The notes: a model not told the origin generated them from the sequence alone. Positions 46,516 to 54,222 are shown, counted from the first letter of the stretch. The stretch: 59,442 bases of DNA from Bacteroidota bacterium (GCA_027487625.1 JAIYDG010000144.1:1-59442); one strand, 5' to 3'. Made by a program: numbers and translations.

Positions 46516-47088
46516 ATGAAAAAGCTTGGAGATAAACTTTTTAAAAGTGGCTTTTTCTCTACAGAATTAAGTTCAATTATTGAAAATCAATTTCAATCAA
46601 AAACATTTGAAAAGAACGAATTTCTTCTGAAAGAAAATGAAGTTTCAGATGCTTATTATTTCATTGAATCCGGCATCATCAGGTCATTTGCAATTGATAC
46701 CGATGGCAATGAAATCAGCACCCAATTTTATACAGAAGGTGACATGGTTTTTGAAGTACAATCCTTCTTTTTAAGATGTCCATCAAAAGAAAACTTTCAA
46801 GCACTAACACAAATAGATTGTAAGTGGATATCGTTTGAAACCATGAACAAACTATTTCATGAATACCCACAATTCAGGGAATTTGGAAGAAGTATGCTTG
46901 TACAAGGATTTGCGAATTTAAAAGGACGAATGTTATCTCATATCACTACAACAGCCGAAGAGCGCTACCAACAATTAATTTTAGATAAACCCTTTTTAAT
47001 AGAGCAAGTTCCTTTAAAATACCTATCAAGTTATCTAGGAATTACTGATACTTCATTGAGTAGAATCAGGAAGGAAATGAGCAAGTAA
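46516..47088 (+). CDS. Crp/Fnr-family transcriptional regulator
   Basis: 190 aa. N-terminal cNMP-binding beta-roll and a C-terminal HTH (LKYLSSYLGITDTSLSRIRKE). The ATG directly abuts the EEP gene's stop. Confidence 0.85.
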   Translation: MKKLGDKLFKSGFFSTELSSIIENQFQSKTFEKNEFLLKENEVSDAYYFIESGIIRSFAIDTDGNEISTQFYTEGDMVFEVQSFFLRCPSKENFQALTQIDCKWISFETMNKLFHEYPQFREFGRSMLVQGFANLKGRMLSHITTTAEERYQQLILDKPFLIEQVPLKYLSSYLGITDTSLSRIRKEMSK

Positions 47089-47115
47089 AAAGGAAGTAAC
47101 TGAAATAACCCAACC

Positions 47116-47778
47116 ATGGAATTAAAACAATACGATACCAATTTTAATCGTCGGATTTTCAAAATAAAGGAAGATGGCGTACATGTAACTCAAAAAGGCA
47201 TTACATCATCCTCCGAATACTTTGTTGAATTTGAAGAAATCGGCACAAAAACAAGTATCCAAAAATCAAGGAATCTCATTTGGATAAGCTTATCCATTTT
47301 ATTCCTGATTATTGGTATATCTGTATTTATAAACAGAATGAATGGAGGTAAAGTTGGCAATGGTGCTGAAGTTTTCCATTTTGTTTCAAGTGCTATATTT
47401 TACTTGGTTTTCATTTTAACCAGAAAAAATACTTTTACTTTATTAAACCATGATAATACATCAGGAATCGATTTTATTGGCTCCTCGAGGTACCGAAATA
47501 AAGTTGATAATTTTATCAATTTAATACATGAAAAGAGAAAGTTATATCTAATAGAAAAATATACTTCATTAAATGATTTCATACCTTATGAGCAACAGTA
47601 CAATGATTTAATATGGCTATATAAAATTAAGTTATTGAATGAAGAAGAATTAAAATCAAAAATTCAGTTATTGAATGAGATAGACTTTTCAAGCATCAAA
47701 GAAAATATCGGAAAATCAGACAGAATTATTGGATTCAGGAAAAGTTTTGAAAGTGAACTGGATGAAGATGATTACTAA
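47116..47778 (+). CDS. Hypothetical membrane protein with SHOCT-like C-terminal segment
   Basis: 220 aa. Two central TM helices, then a C-terminal ...LLNEEELKSKIQLLNE segment resembling a SHOCT motif. Confidence 0.5.
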   Translation: MELKQYDTNFNRRIFKIKEDGVHVTQKGITSSSEYFVEFEEIGTKTSIQKSRNLIWISLSILFLIIGISVFINRMNGGKVGNGAEVFHFVSSAIFYLVFILTRKNTFTLLNHDNTSGIDFIGSSRYRNKVDNFINLIHEKRKLYLIEKYTSLNDFIPYEQQYNDLIWLYKIKLLNEEELKSKIQLLNEIDFSSIKENIGKSDRIIGFRKSFESELDEDDY

Positions 47779-47850
47779 AAAGCTTCCATTTCTTGCCATT
47801 TGTAAAGTAGTTTAAAAACTTAAGCTTGTTATTTTGCTTAAAATTAAACC

Positions 47851-48525
47851 ATGGAAAACTTCATCAACTTTACTACTCCCCTATTTTTTGTTTGTATAGC
47901 TTATAGCTTGTTTATTGTTTATATCAGCTTTAGTAAAATCAAATGGGCCCTACCTATTTTTTTAATTTGGACAATCATACAGTTACTTATTACAGCTACT
48001 GGATTTTATGAAGTAACAATGGTTTTACCACCTAGATTTCTTCTGTTAATTGGACCAAATGCTTTGGCGATATTATTCCTGTTTTTCCATAAAAAGGGGA
48101 TTGAAATCAGAAACAAAATCGATGCCAATAAACTTCAATGGATACACCCCGTTCGTATTTTAGTTGAGTTCTGTTTATGGGTATTGTACTTACAAAATTT
48201 GGTTCCAAAACTCATGACTTTTGAAGGAACAAACCTTGATATTTTAATAGGATTCAGTTCCCTTGTTGTGATTTATTTAGTTGCTAAAAACAAGATAAAA
48301 TCAACCAAACCATTGATAATTTGGAATTATATAGGATTGATTTTTTTAGCAAATATTGTTATTACAGCAGTATTAGCTGCTCCAACACCCTTTCAGCAAT
48401 TGTCGTTTGAACAAGCCAATATTGGTGTGTTTAAATATCCATTTACCTTATTACCCGGATTGATAGTTCCGCTGGTATTGTTGAGTCATTTAGTTTCTTT
48501 GAAAAAATTAAATCAAAATGAATGA
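47851..48525 (+). CDS. Hypothetical polytopic membrane protein
   Basis: 224 aa with ~6 hydrophobic helices. No family recognised. Confidence 0.55.
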   Translation: MENFINFTTPLFFVCIAYSLFIVYISFSKIKWALPIFLIWTIIQLLITATGFYEVTMVLPPRFLLLIGPNALAILFLFFHKKGIEIRNKIDANKLQWIHPVRILVEFCLWVLYLQNLVPKLMTFEGTNLDILIGFSSLVVIYLVAKNKIKSTKPLIIWNYIGLIFLANIVITAVLAAPTPFQQLSFEQANIGVFKYPFTLLPGLIVPLVLLSHLVSLKKLNQNE

Positions 48526-48559
48526 TAATTTTTATATCTTTCATTTGAAATAATTAATC

Positions 48560-49201
48560 ATGAAAAAACTAATCTATACTCTTGTTTGCTTTTCTTTGAG
48601 TCTTATATCATGTGAACCCAATTCTGGTAAATTAGTAACAGAAGAAAAAGACCTTGATGCGTTTGAAGAAATTGAAATCGGCAGCAATTTTGATATTGAA
48701 ATAAAAAAATCAGATTCCTATAAAATCATCATTCAAGATGGAGAAAATTTCATAAACAAAATCCAACTTGAAGTAGCTGATGGTATATTAAAAATAGATA
48801 GAGAATCGGGAATATTTTTGAGTAGTAATCTTGATTCTAAAATCACCATTTTTACTCCAGAACCAATCAATAGTATCAAACTGAATGGAAGTGGGACCAT
48901 TAAAAGTAATGAGAATTGGGAATACAATAAACTTTACTGCATTTTAAGCGGCTCTGGTGATATTCAGTTAAAAGGAGTAGCCAACGAATGCCATATCAAT
49001 TTAGATGGCTCTGGTGATATTTTATTATCAAAGATGAAATCACTTGAAGCAGAAGTTCAATTAAACGGAAGTGGTTCAGTTGAAATCCATGCTTCAAAAA
49101 AATTAAAGGTTGATTTAAATGGCTCAGGAGATGTAGATTATAGCGGCAATCCAGAAGTGGAAGAAAACATCAATGGCTCGGGAAGTGTTTCAAAATTATA
49201 A
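48560..49201 (+). CDS. DUF2807 / head-GIN-domain lipoprotein
   Basis: 213 aa. Lipoprotein signal (LSLISC) and repeated (L/I)NGSG(D/S/T)(I/V) beta-helix motifs. Confidence 0.7.
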   Translation: MKKLIYTLVCFSLSLISCEPNSGKLVTEEKDLDAFEEIEIGSNFDIEIKKSDSYKIIIQDGENFINKIQLEVADGILKIDRESGIFLSSNLDSKITIFTPEPINSIKLNGSGTIKSNENWEYNKLYCILSGSGDIQLKGVANECHINLDGSGDILLSKMKSLEAEVQLNGSGSVEIHASKKLKVDLNGSGDVDYSGNPEVEENINGSGSVSKL

Positions 49202-49203
49202 TC

Positions 49204-49755
49204 ATGTTAGATACTGCCTTTCATATTGAAACCAAGCGTTTATTGCTCCGAAAAATGGATCCTGAACTGCATAAGTATGTGTTTACCCATTTGAATGAAA
49301 CAGAACAAAAAGAGTTTTTTGGTCATAAAAGCGATGAGGCCATGACAAAGGAAATTCAGATGTTTAAAGAAGGACTAACTTCCTACAACAGGAGTTTTTG
49401 TATCTTTCATTTGATAGAAAAAACAAGCCAGAAAACCATTGGCTGGTGTGGGTTTCATGTCATTGCAACTAAACACGACAGAGCCGAAATTGGTTATGTA
49501 ATTCACGACAAAAACAATTGGGGCAAAGGTTACATGAAAGAAGCCTTACATGAGGTTTTGTGTTATGGTTTTGATGAATTGAAATTCCATAGAATAGAAG
49601 CATTAACTAGTAAAGAGAATTTTGCTTCCCAAAAGCTTTTAATAGACAGAGGTTTTTTGCTTGAAGGATTACTTAGAGAACACTATTTCACAAACAATGT
49701 TTATGAAGATTCAATTATATTTTCTTTAATGGAGAAGGAATTAATCCGAATGTAA
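49204..49755 (+). CDS. GNAT-family N-acetyltransferase (RimJ/RimL-like)
   Basis: 183 aa. Contains RLLLRK..., the acetyl-CoA motif (WGKGYMKEAL) and a N..S..L..K.GF tail. Confidence 0.85.
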   Translation: MLDTAFHIETKRLLLRKMDPELHKYVFTHLNETEQKEFFGHKSDEAMTKEIQMFKEGLTSYNRSFCIFHLIEKTSQKTIGWCGFHVIATKHDRAEIGYVIHDKNNWGKGYMKEALHEVLCYGFDELKFHRIEALTSKENFASQKLLIDRGFLLEGLLREHYFTNNVYEDSIIFSLMEKELIRM

Positions 49756-49834
49756 ATTCTGTTATTAAAACTGTCTTCCTGTTTTTAATTATACCGAATT
49801 CGGTACAATTAAAAATGCTGAGGGAAGCTAGATA

Positions 49835-50055
49835 TTGGGTGCAAGCACAGCGGACAACCCAACCGACATCGAACAGAAAGACAAACGGCTGGTAAAAATC
49901 TATCCTTTCGCAAAATTAAAAGAGCTGCAAGCCGGTATAAATACCAAAGCTTTTGCAGCACATTTAATTTTACCCAACCGCACCAATTCTTCGTGAATAA
50001 ATTCCAACATTACAGAGACGCCTTAGAAGCTGAGCTGAAAAATATTTTCGATTAA
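49835..50055 (+). pseudogene. Frameshifted remnant of a small gene
   Basis: One frame reads protein-like ...ADNPTDIEQKDKRLVKIYPFAKLKELQAGINTKAFAAHLILPNRT and stops at 49994-49996. A second frame continues QFFVNKFQHYRDALEAELKNIFD* to 50053-50055. Neither frame has a convincing start, and local GC looks above background. Confidence 0.3.
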
Positions 50056-50056
50056 A

Positions 50057-50087
50057 TTTGCATAGTTAGGACTCCTAACTATATTTG
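50057..50087 (+). promoter_or_regulatory. Consensus promoter with palindromic operator upstream of the protoglobin operon
   Basis: TTTG (50057-50060), a 19-nt spacer and TATATTTG (50080-50087). A perfect 10-1-10 palindrome ATAGTTAGGA-C-TCCTAACTAT (50062-50082) fills the spacer and runs 3 nt into the -7 box. Confidence 0.6.
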
Positions 50088-50117
50088 CATAATCATTCAC
50101 AAATAATAATTTAAATA

Positions 50118-50696
50118 ATGTCAGAACAAATCAAAGGTTACGCCTACGGGCAAGTAGGGCAATCACCTGTAAGTATTGCCGATTTAGACCTTCTCAAAAA
50201 AACAGTTTTGTTTGGAGAAGAAGATGAAAAAAACCTTCAACTTGCAGGTGAAGTGCTTAAAGACCAAACAAACGAAGTGCTTGACCTTTGGTACGGTTTC
50301 GTTGGCGGCAACGAACATTTGGTGCATTACTTCACCAAAAACGGACAGCCAAATATGGATTACCTAACTTCGGTTAAGGCAAGGTTTGGGCAATGGATTA
50401 TGGACTTGTGTAACAAGCCTTACGACCAAATTTGGCTGAACTACCAACACGAGATTGCATTGAGACACCATAGCATCAAGAAAAACAAAACTGATAATGT
50501 GGACACAGTCCCAATCATCCATTACCGTTATATGGTAGCATTTATTTTCCCAATCACAGCAACAATAAAAGGCTTTTTAGCTAAAAAAGGACACGATGCT
50601 GAAACAGTTGAAGCAATGTATTCAGCTTGGTTTAAAGCAGTAACACTAACCGTAATACTTTGGACTTATCCCTACATCAATAAAAACGAATTTTAA
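50118..50696 (+). CDS. Single-domain protoglobin
   Basis: 192 aa. Colinear over its whole length, from memory, with archaeal protoglobin. Shared stretches include GY.YG, DL.LLK..V.F..EDE..L..AGEVL.DQ..E.LD.WYGFVG, YDQ.WL.YQ.EI.LRHH..KKN.TDNV..VP...YRY.VAFI.PITAT.K.FLA.KGH and WFKA.TL.V.LW.YPY. Confidence 0.9.
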   Translation: MSEQIKGYAYGQVGQSPVSIADLDLLKKTVLFGEEDEKNLQLAGEVLKDQTNEVLDLWYGFVGGNEHLVHYFTKNGQPNMDYLTSVKARFGQWIMDLCNKPYDQIWLNYQHEIALRHHSIKKNKTDNVDTVPIIHYRYMVAFIFPITATIKGFLAKKGHDAETVEAMYSAWFKAVTLTVILWTYPYINKNEF

Positions 50697-50721
50697 TTAA
50701 CCAATTAAAAAAATAAAAAAA

Positions 50722-51465
50722 ATGAAAAGTATAGTAGCAATAATTGCAATAGTAACATTAGGTTTTACAACTGCCAATGCTTGCGACAAATGTGGAAATT
50801 ACAACAATGGTAATTTCAAAATCAAATCCACATCAATAACTCACAATAAAGATTTAGGCGTAACTATTTGGGAAATAAAAGTTGATAGCCTTGCTGGTAA
50901 CACCACACCAAAAGCTGTTGGACAATTAAATGGTGCACCTGTATTAGGTTATGTTTTTCCTACAACGCTTAAACCTACTGATGTTGGTTTTAACCAAACA
51001 GACGGAATTGTGGCTTTGGCCTTAACATCTCATCCCGACTTTGATGACAGCCCACTTTGGGATGAAAACACAGATGGCAAATTTGACAATGATGGTATCG
51101 TTTGGCATGCGCATTGGGTAATTCTTACCGAAGACACAAGAGTGGCAGGTGGACTTTCGGTAAAGGAATTTAAGAAGGACGACAAAACCGTTGTGCTACC
51201 TAAAACTGCACCCAATATGCCAATGTATATGGATAGTCCTGGTTTTAACGTAACAACAAATGGGAACTCAATTAAAGTTGTAGTTCCAGATTATCGTATC
51301 AAAAACAAAACAGACTTCAAATTTGATGCAGTTACTTGTTTTATGGAAGTGAATACAGGCGAAGGTGGCAAACATACTGAGAGTGGAGCTAAACCGATGC
51401 TTGGTGTTTACAAAGTGTATTCGGTAGCAAGCGGAAATCTTTCATTACCATACTCAGTTAAGTGA
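50722..51465 (+). CDS. Secreted protein of unknown function
   Basis: 247 aa. Signal peptide, a CDKCG motif, and an acidic HPDFDDSPLWDENTDGKFDNDGIVWHAHW segment. No family recognised. Confidence 0.55.
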   Translation: MKSIVAIIAIVTLGFTTANACDKCGNYNNGNFKIKSTSITHNKDLGVTIWEIKVDSLAGNTTPKAVGQLNGAPVLGYVFPTTLKPTDVGFNQTDGIVALALTSHPDFDDSPLWDENTDGKFDNDGIVWHAHWVILTEDTRVAGGLSVKEFKKDDKTVVLPKTAPNMPMYMDSPGFNVTTNGNSIKVVVPDYRIKNKTDFKFDAVTCFMEVNTGEGGKHTESGAKPMLGVYKVYSVASGNLSLPYSVK

Positions 51466-51479
51466 GCAAAATCCGAAAT

Positions 51480-51584
51480 ATGAAACCGTATTTCAAAAAA
51501 ATTGGGATAGCTGGTTTTTTGTTCTTTCTAATCAAAGGATTAATCTGGCTATTCCTTTTTCTATTCATCAAATCAAAAATTTAA
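51480..51584 (+). CDS. Putative 34-aa single-pass membrane peptide
   Basis: Not in the ORF track. The product MKPYFKKIGIAGFLFFLIKGLIWLFLFLFIKSKI exactly fills the gap between two operon genes. Confidence 0.4.
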   Translation: MKPYFKKIGIAGFLFFLIKGLIWLFLFLFIKSKI

Positions 51585-51588
51585 AATT

Positions 51589-51852
51589 ATGCAAGTAGCA
51601 ATTTGGGACACATATGTAACAAAAAAAGACGGTAGCATAATGCATTTCGACATTATTGCACCCGACCATATAAAAGAAGAAAAAATAATTTATACCTTTG
51701 GTAAGGATTACTTACAATCAAAAAATCAAGAAAACCAGCCATTAACTTCAAAAGAATGTAGCTTTTGCCATATTGAAAAGGCAACAGATGAAATGATTTT
51801 AAGTATCCAACAAAAAGGATATTATATTATTGAAATGCAAAACTGCAATTAA
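51589..51852 (+). CDS. DUF2024-family protein
   Basis: 87 aa. MQVAIWDTYVTKKDGSIMHFDIIAP..., C.FCH... and GYYIIEMQNC match the DUF2024 pattern. Confidence 0.75.
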   Translation: MQVAIWDTYVTKKDGSIMHFDIIAPDHIKEEKIIYTFGKDYLQSKNQENQPLTSKECSFCHIEKATDEMILSIQQKGYYIIEMQNCN

Positions 51853-52450
51853 CGTGTCGATATTTAATTTAGAAAATCAAAATGCAAACCTTGACAACAA
51901 AATAGTTGCAGGACTTGAACGCTTATCACAAGTTTTCCGTATTTTATTATGGAATAAAGCAAAAGAGCAAAGTTTAAGTCCAATACAAATTCAGTTATTG
52001 ATTTTTATTAAACACCATTCAGCAGACAAAACAACAATAAGTTATTTGGCACAAGAATTTAATTTTACCAAACCTACGATCAGCGATGCGATAAAAGTAT
52101 TAGAACAGAAAAAATTAATTAAAAAAATCACTGACAGTAACGACACAAGAAGCTATACGATACAACTAACTGCATCAGGAAAAAAGATAATTGCTGAAAC
52201 AGAAAACTTTGCCAGTCCGTTGACAACAATTATTGCCAAAACAAGTGAAGCAGACAAAATGATATTGTGGCAAAATGTATCAAACTTAATTATTCATCTC
52301 AACAAACTTGAAGTAATAAGTGTGCAACGAAGCTGCTTTAATTGCAAACATTATAGGACTAAAAACAAAACACACTTTTGTAATTTACTCAATCAAAAAT
52401 TAGAAACACAAGACATAAGAATTGACTGTAGTGAGTTTGAAAATGCTTAA
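51830..52450 (+). CDS. MarR-like winged-helix regulator with C-terminal four-Cys module
   Basis: 206 aa. wHTH region (LSPIQIQLLIFI...ISYLAQEFNFTKPTISDAIKVLEQKKLI.K...D.R) and a C-terminal C-x2-C-x12-C-x17-C module (CFNCKHY...FCNLL...DCSEF). The start is uncertain: TTG 51830 or GTG 51854, either one overlapping or abutting the DUF2024 stop. Confidence 0.7.
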   Translation: MKCKTAINVSIFNLENQNANLDNKIVAGLERLSQVFRILLWNKAKEQSLSPIQIQLLIFIKHHSADKTTISYLAQEFNFTKPTISDAIKVLEQKKLIKKITDSNDTRSYTIQLTASGKKIIAETENFASPLTTIIAKTSEADKMILWQNVSNLIIHLNKLEVISVQRSCFNCKHYRTKNKTHFCNLLNQKLETQDIRIDCSEFENA

Positions 52451-52606
52451 ATCGCCATTGATTTTGGTGGCACATTTGTATTATTTTCAACGCATAGACC
52501 AACGCAAAAAAATTCAAAAGTGCCCCCAAGCCAGTGAACAAAGACAGCAGCAAAGAATGGACAACCTAGCAAAGACAGACAAAACGCCAGCCCCTAACAA
52601 CACATC

Positions 52607-52668
52607 TGCAATAGGCGTACATTAAGTCTCCATTTGCAGTGATTTATGGGATTGGTAAATTCGTTTCC
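52607..52668 (+). repeat. 62-nt direct repeat R1 carrying a near-consensus promoter
   Basis: 57/62 identical to 53380-53441. Contains TTTG (52633-52636), a 19-nt spacer and TAAATTCG (52656-52663). Confidence 0.8.
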
Positions 52669-52743
52669 CTAAGCTACATTTGAGTATAAACGCTCGCCCA
52701 TCGCAAATTTACAAAACGTTATAGCCAATTTTAAAAGACAACT

Positions 52744-53352
52744 GTGAAGATAAGGACACTTATTTTGATTGTATTAATATGGGTTATGTTGACTTTGGTT
52801 AACTACTATTACATTCCTTTTTTCTTTATTGTACTCAATTGGTTAGGAATGTCTCTCGTACTTCTAATTTGGACAATAGTACAGACCCAAAAAACAATTA
52901 AGGAAAGGAATAACCTTTCTAAACAGAGAATTATTTCTACTTTGACAATCTTTGTCCTATTCATTTTTACCTTTTATCGAAAACCAGTAAATAGATTAAT
53001 AGAACAAGCTGACTGGCGCATGTTTTATTCGAAAAGAATAGGTGTTATTAACTTAATAAAAGAAGGTAAATTGACACCAAATGAGGGTTGGAATAACTGG
53101 ACATATGAACTCCCCTACGAATTTCCAATTATTTCAAATAATGGTAATGAAATTGAAATTACTAGAAATGATAGCACTAAAAATATGACTGTAACTTTTT
53201 GGATTTTCAGAAACTACTTTAATGCTCCATCGACATATTTTGTTTATACTGATGACCAAATAGAAATTAGCAAAATTGAAGATATTATAAAAAATAATCC
53301 TGAGGACAACTGGAAAATAACTAACAATTGGTACAGAAGATGTCATAAGTGA
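52744..53352 (+). CDS. Hypothetical membrane-anchored protein (orphan)
   Basis: 202 aa with a GTG start. Three N-terminal TM helices and a soluble C-terminal domain rich in Asn, Trp and Tyr. No family recognised. Bracketed by an 11-bp inverted repeat. Confidence 0.5.
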   Translation: MKIRTLILIVLIWVMLTLVNYYYIPFFFIVLNWLGMSLVLLIWTIVQTQKTIKERNNLSKQRIISTLTIFVLFIFTFYRKPVNRLIEQADWRMFYSKRIGVINLIKEGKLTPNEGWNNWTYELPYEFPIISNNGNEIEITRNDSTKNMTVTFWIFRNYFNAPSTYFVYTDDQIEISKIEDIIKNNPEDNWKITNNWYRRCHK

Positions 53353-53379
53353 TATAAAAACTGGCTATAACGGCATATT

Positions 53380-53441
53380 TGCAATAGGCTTACAATTAGT
53401 CTCAATTTGCAGTGATTTATGCGATTGGTAAATTCGTTTCC
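53380..53441 (+). repeat. 62-nt direct repeat R2 carrying a near-consensus promoter
   Basis: Second copy of R1. Contains TTTG (53406-53409), a 19-nt spacer and TAAATTCG (53429-53436), ~120 nt upstream of higB. Confidence 0.8.
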
Positions 53442-53557
53442 ACAAATTTCATTAAAATTTAAACTCAAATCCCCAACATGTTATTCTGCAATAAAAAAAA
53501 TCTTCTTGTAGACTTAATTTACTATACTTATCTTTGGCGTTAGTATCGTAAGAAGAG

Positions 53558-53839
53558 ATGATTATATCATTTGGAAATAAGGAAACAGAGAAAATTTGGA
53601 ATGGTGAACGAGTAAAGGGACTATCCGCCGAGATTCAAGAAGTTGGAAGACGAAAACTCAGGATGCTAAACAACTCTACCAATATTAGCGACCTGAGAGT
53701 TCCTCCCTCGAATAGGCTTGAAAAACTGAGTGGGAACTTTAAAGAGTTTTACAGTATCAGAATCAACGACCAATGGAGAATCATATTCAAATGGAAATCA
53801 TCAAATGCTACTGATGTTGAAATAATAGATTATCATTAA
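53558..53839 (+). CDS. higB: Type II toxin HigB (RelE/ParE superfamily, 'plasmid maintenance system killer')
   Basis: 93 aa. The pattern MIISFGNKETEKIWNGERVKGL..., L..L.., LRVPPSNRLEKLSG....YSIRINDQWRI.F.W is typical of HigB. Confidence 0.85.
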   Translation: MIISFGNKETEKIWNGERVKGLSAEIQEVGRRKLRMLNNSTNISDLRVPPSNRLEKLSGNFKEFYSIRINDQWRIIFKWKSSNATDVEIIDYH

Positions 53840-53840
53840 T

Positions 53841-54140
53841 ATGAAAACATTAAAAAATATTCACCCAGGTGAGATTTTGTTAGAGGAGTTTCTAAAACCC
53901 TTGAACATAACCCAATATAAAATTTCAAAAGATATTGGTATTCCACAAACACGAATCTCTCAGATTGTAAAAGGACAACGCAGAATAACTGCCGATACAG
54001 CTTTAAGACTTTCTAAATACTTAGGAAATTCCGCAAAATTTTGGCTCGGATTGCAAGATGACTACGATTTGGAAGAGGAGAAAATGCACATCGAAAATTT
54101 GCTTGAATCAATTCCTAAAGCCCAAAATAATGTGGCTTAA
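53841..54140 (+). CDS. higA: HigA antitoxin (XRE-type HTH)
   Basis: 99 aa. HPGEILLEEFLKPLNITQYKISKDIGIPQTRISQIVKGQRRITADTALRLSKYLGNSAKFWLGLQ is the HigA signature. It starts 1 nt after the higB stop. Confidence 0.85.
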   Translation: MKTLKNIHPGEILLEEFLKPLNITQYKISKDIGIPQTRISQIVKGQRRITADTALRLSKYLGNSAKFWLGLQDDYDLEEEKMHIENLLESIPKAQNNVA

Positions 54141-54222
54141 TTGAGTAGAAGGGTCTTCGTATTTATATCAATCTATTCTTAAAATAGGCCTTTAACAACT
54201 TAGATAATTTACTTACTAACAA

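Noticed and set aside
49847-52600. Apparent similarity between GGACAACCCAACCGACATCGAACAGAAAGACAAACGGC (49851-) and GGACAACCTAGCAAAGACAGACAAAACGCC (52559-), as possible direct repeats bounding the protoglobin cassette.
   Set aside because: Only an 8-nt exact seed is followed by A/C-rich, gapped, low-complexity matches. That is not distinguishable from chance without a statistical alignment, so it is mentioned only as a weak hint.
52422-52625. 67-aa ORF overlapping the end of the MarR-like gene and running into repeat R1.
   Set aside because: The product is low-complexity and Gln/Lys-rich, with no recognisable family and a TTG-type start inside another gene. The region is better explained as noncoding spacer.
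52590-52727. Possible integron attC site / cassette array. CCTAAC at ~52593 could be an inverse core and GTTATAG at 52718 a core, 131 nt apart. There is also partial complementarity between 52604-52617 and 52695-52708, with mismatches that become G:T on the bottom strand.
   Set aside because: GTTATAG does not fit GTTRRRY and does not pair properly with the proposed inverse core. The equivalent position after the next unit (53365-53560) has no matching core or fold. No intI-like gene is in the window. The conserved 62-nt block is better explained as a duplicated promoter.
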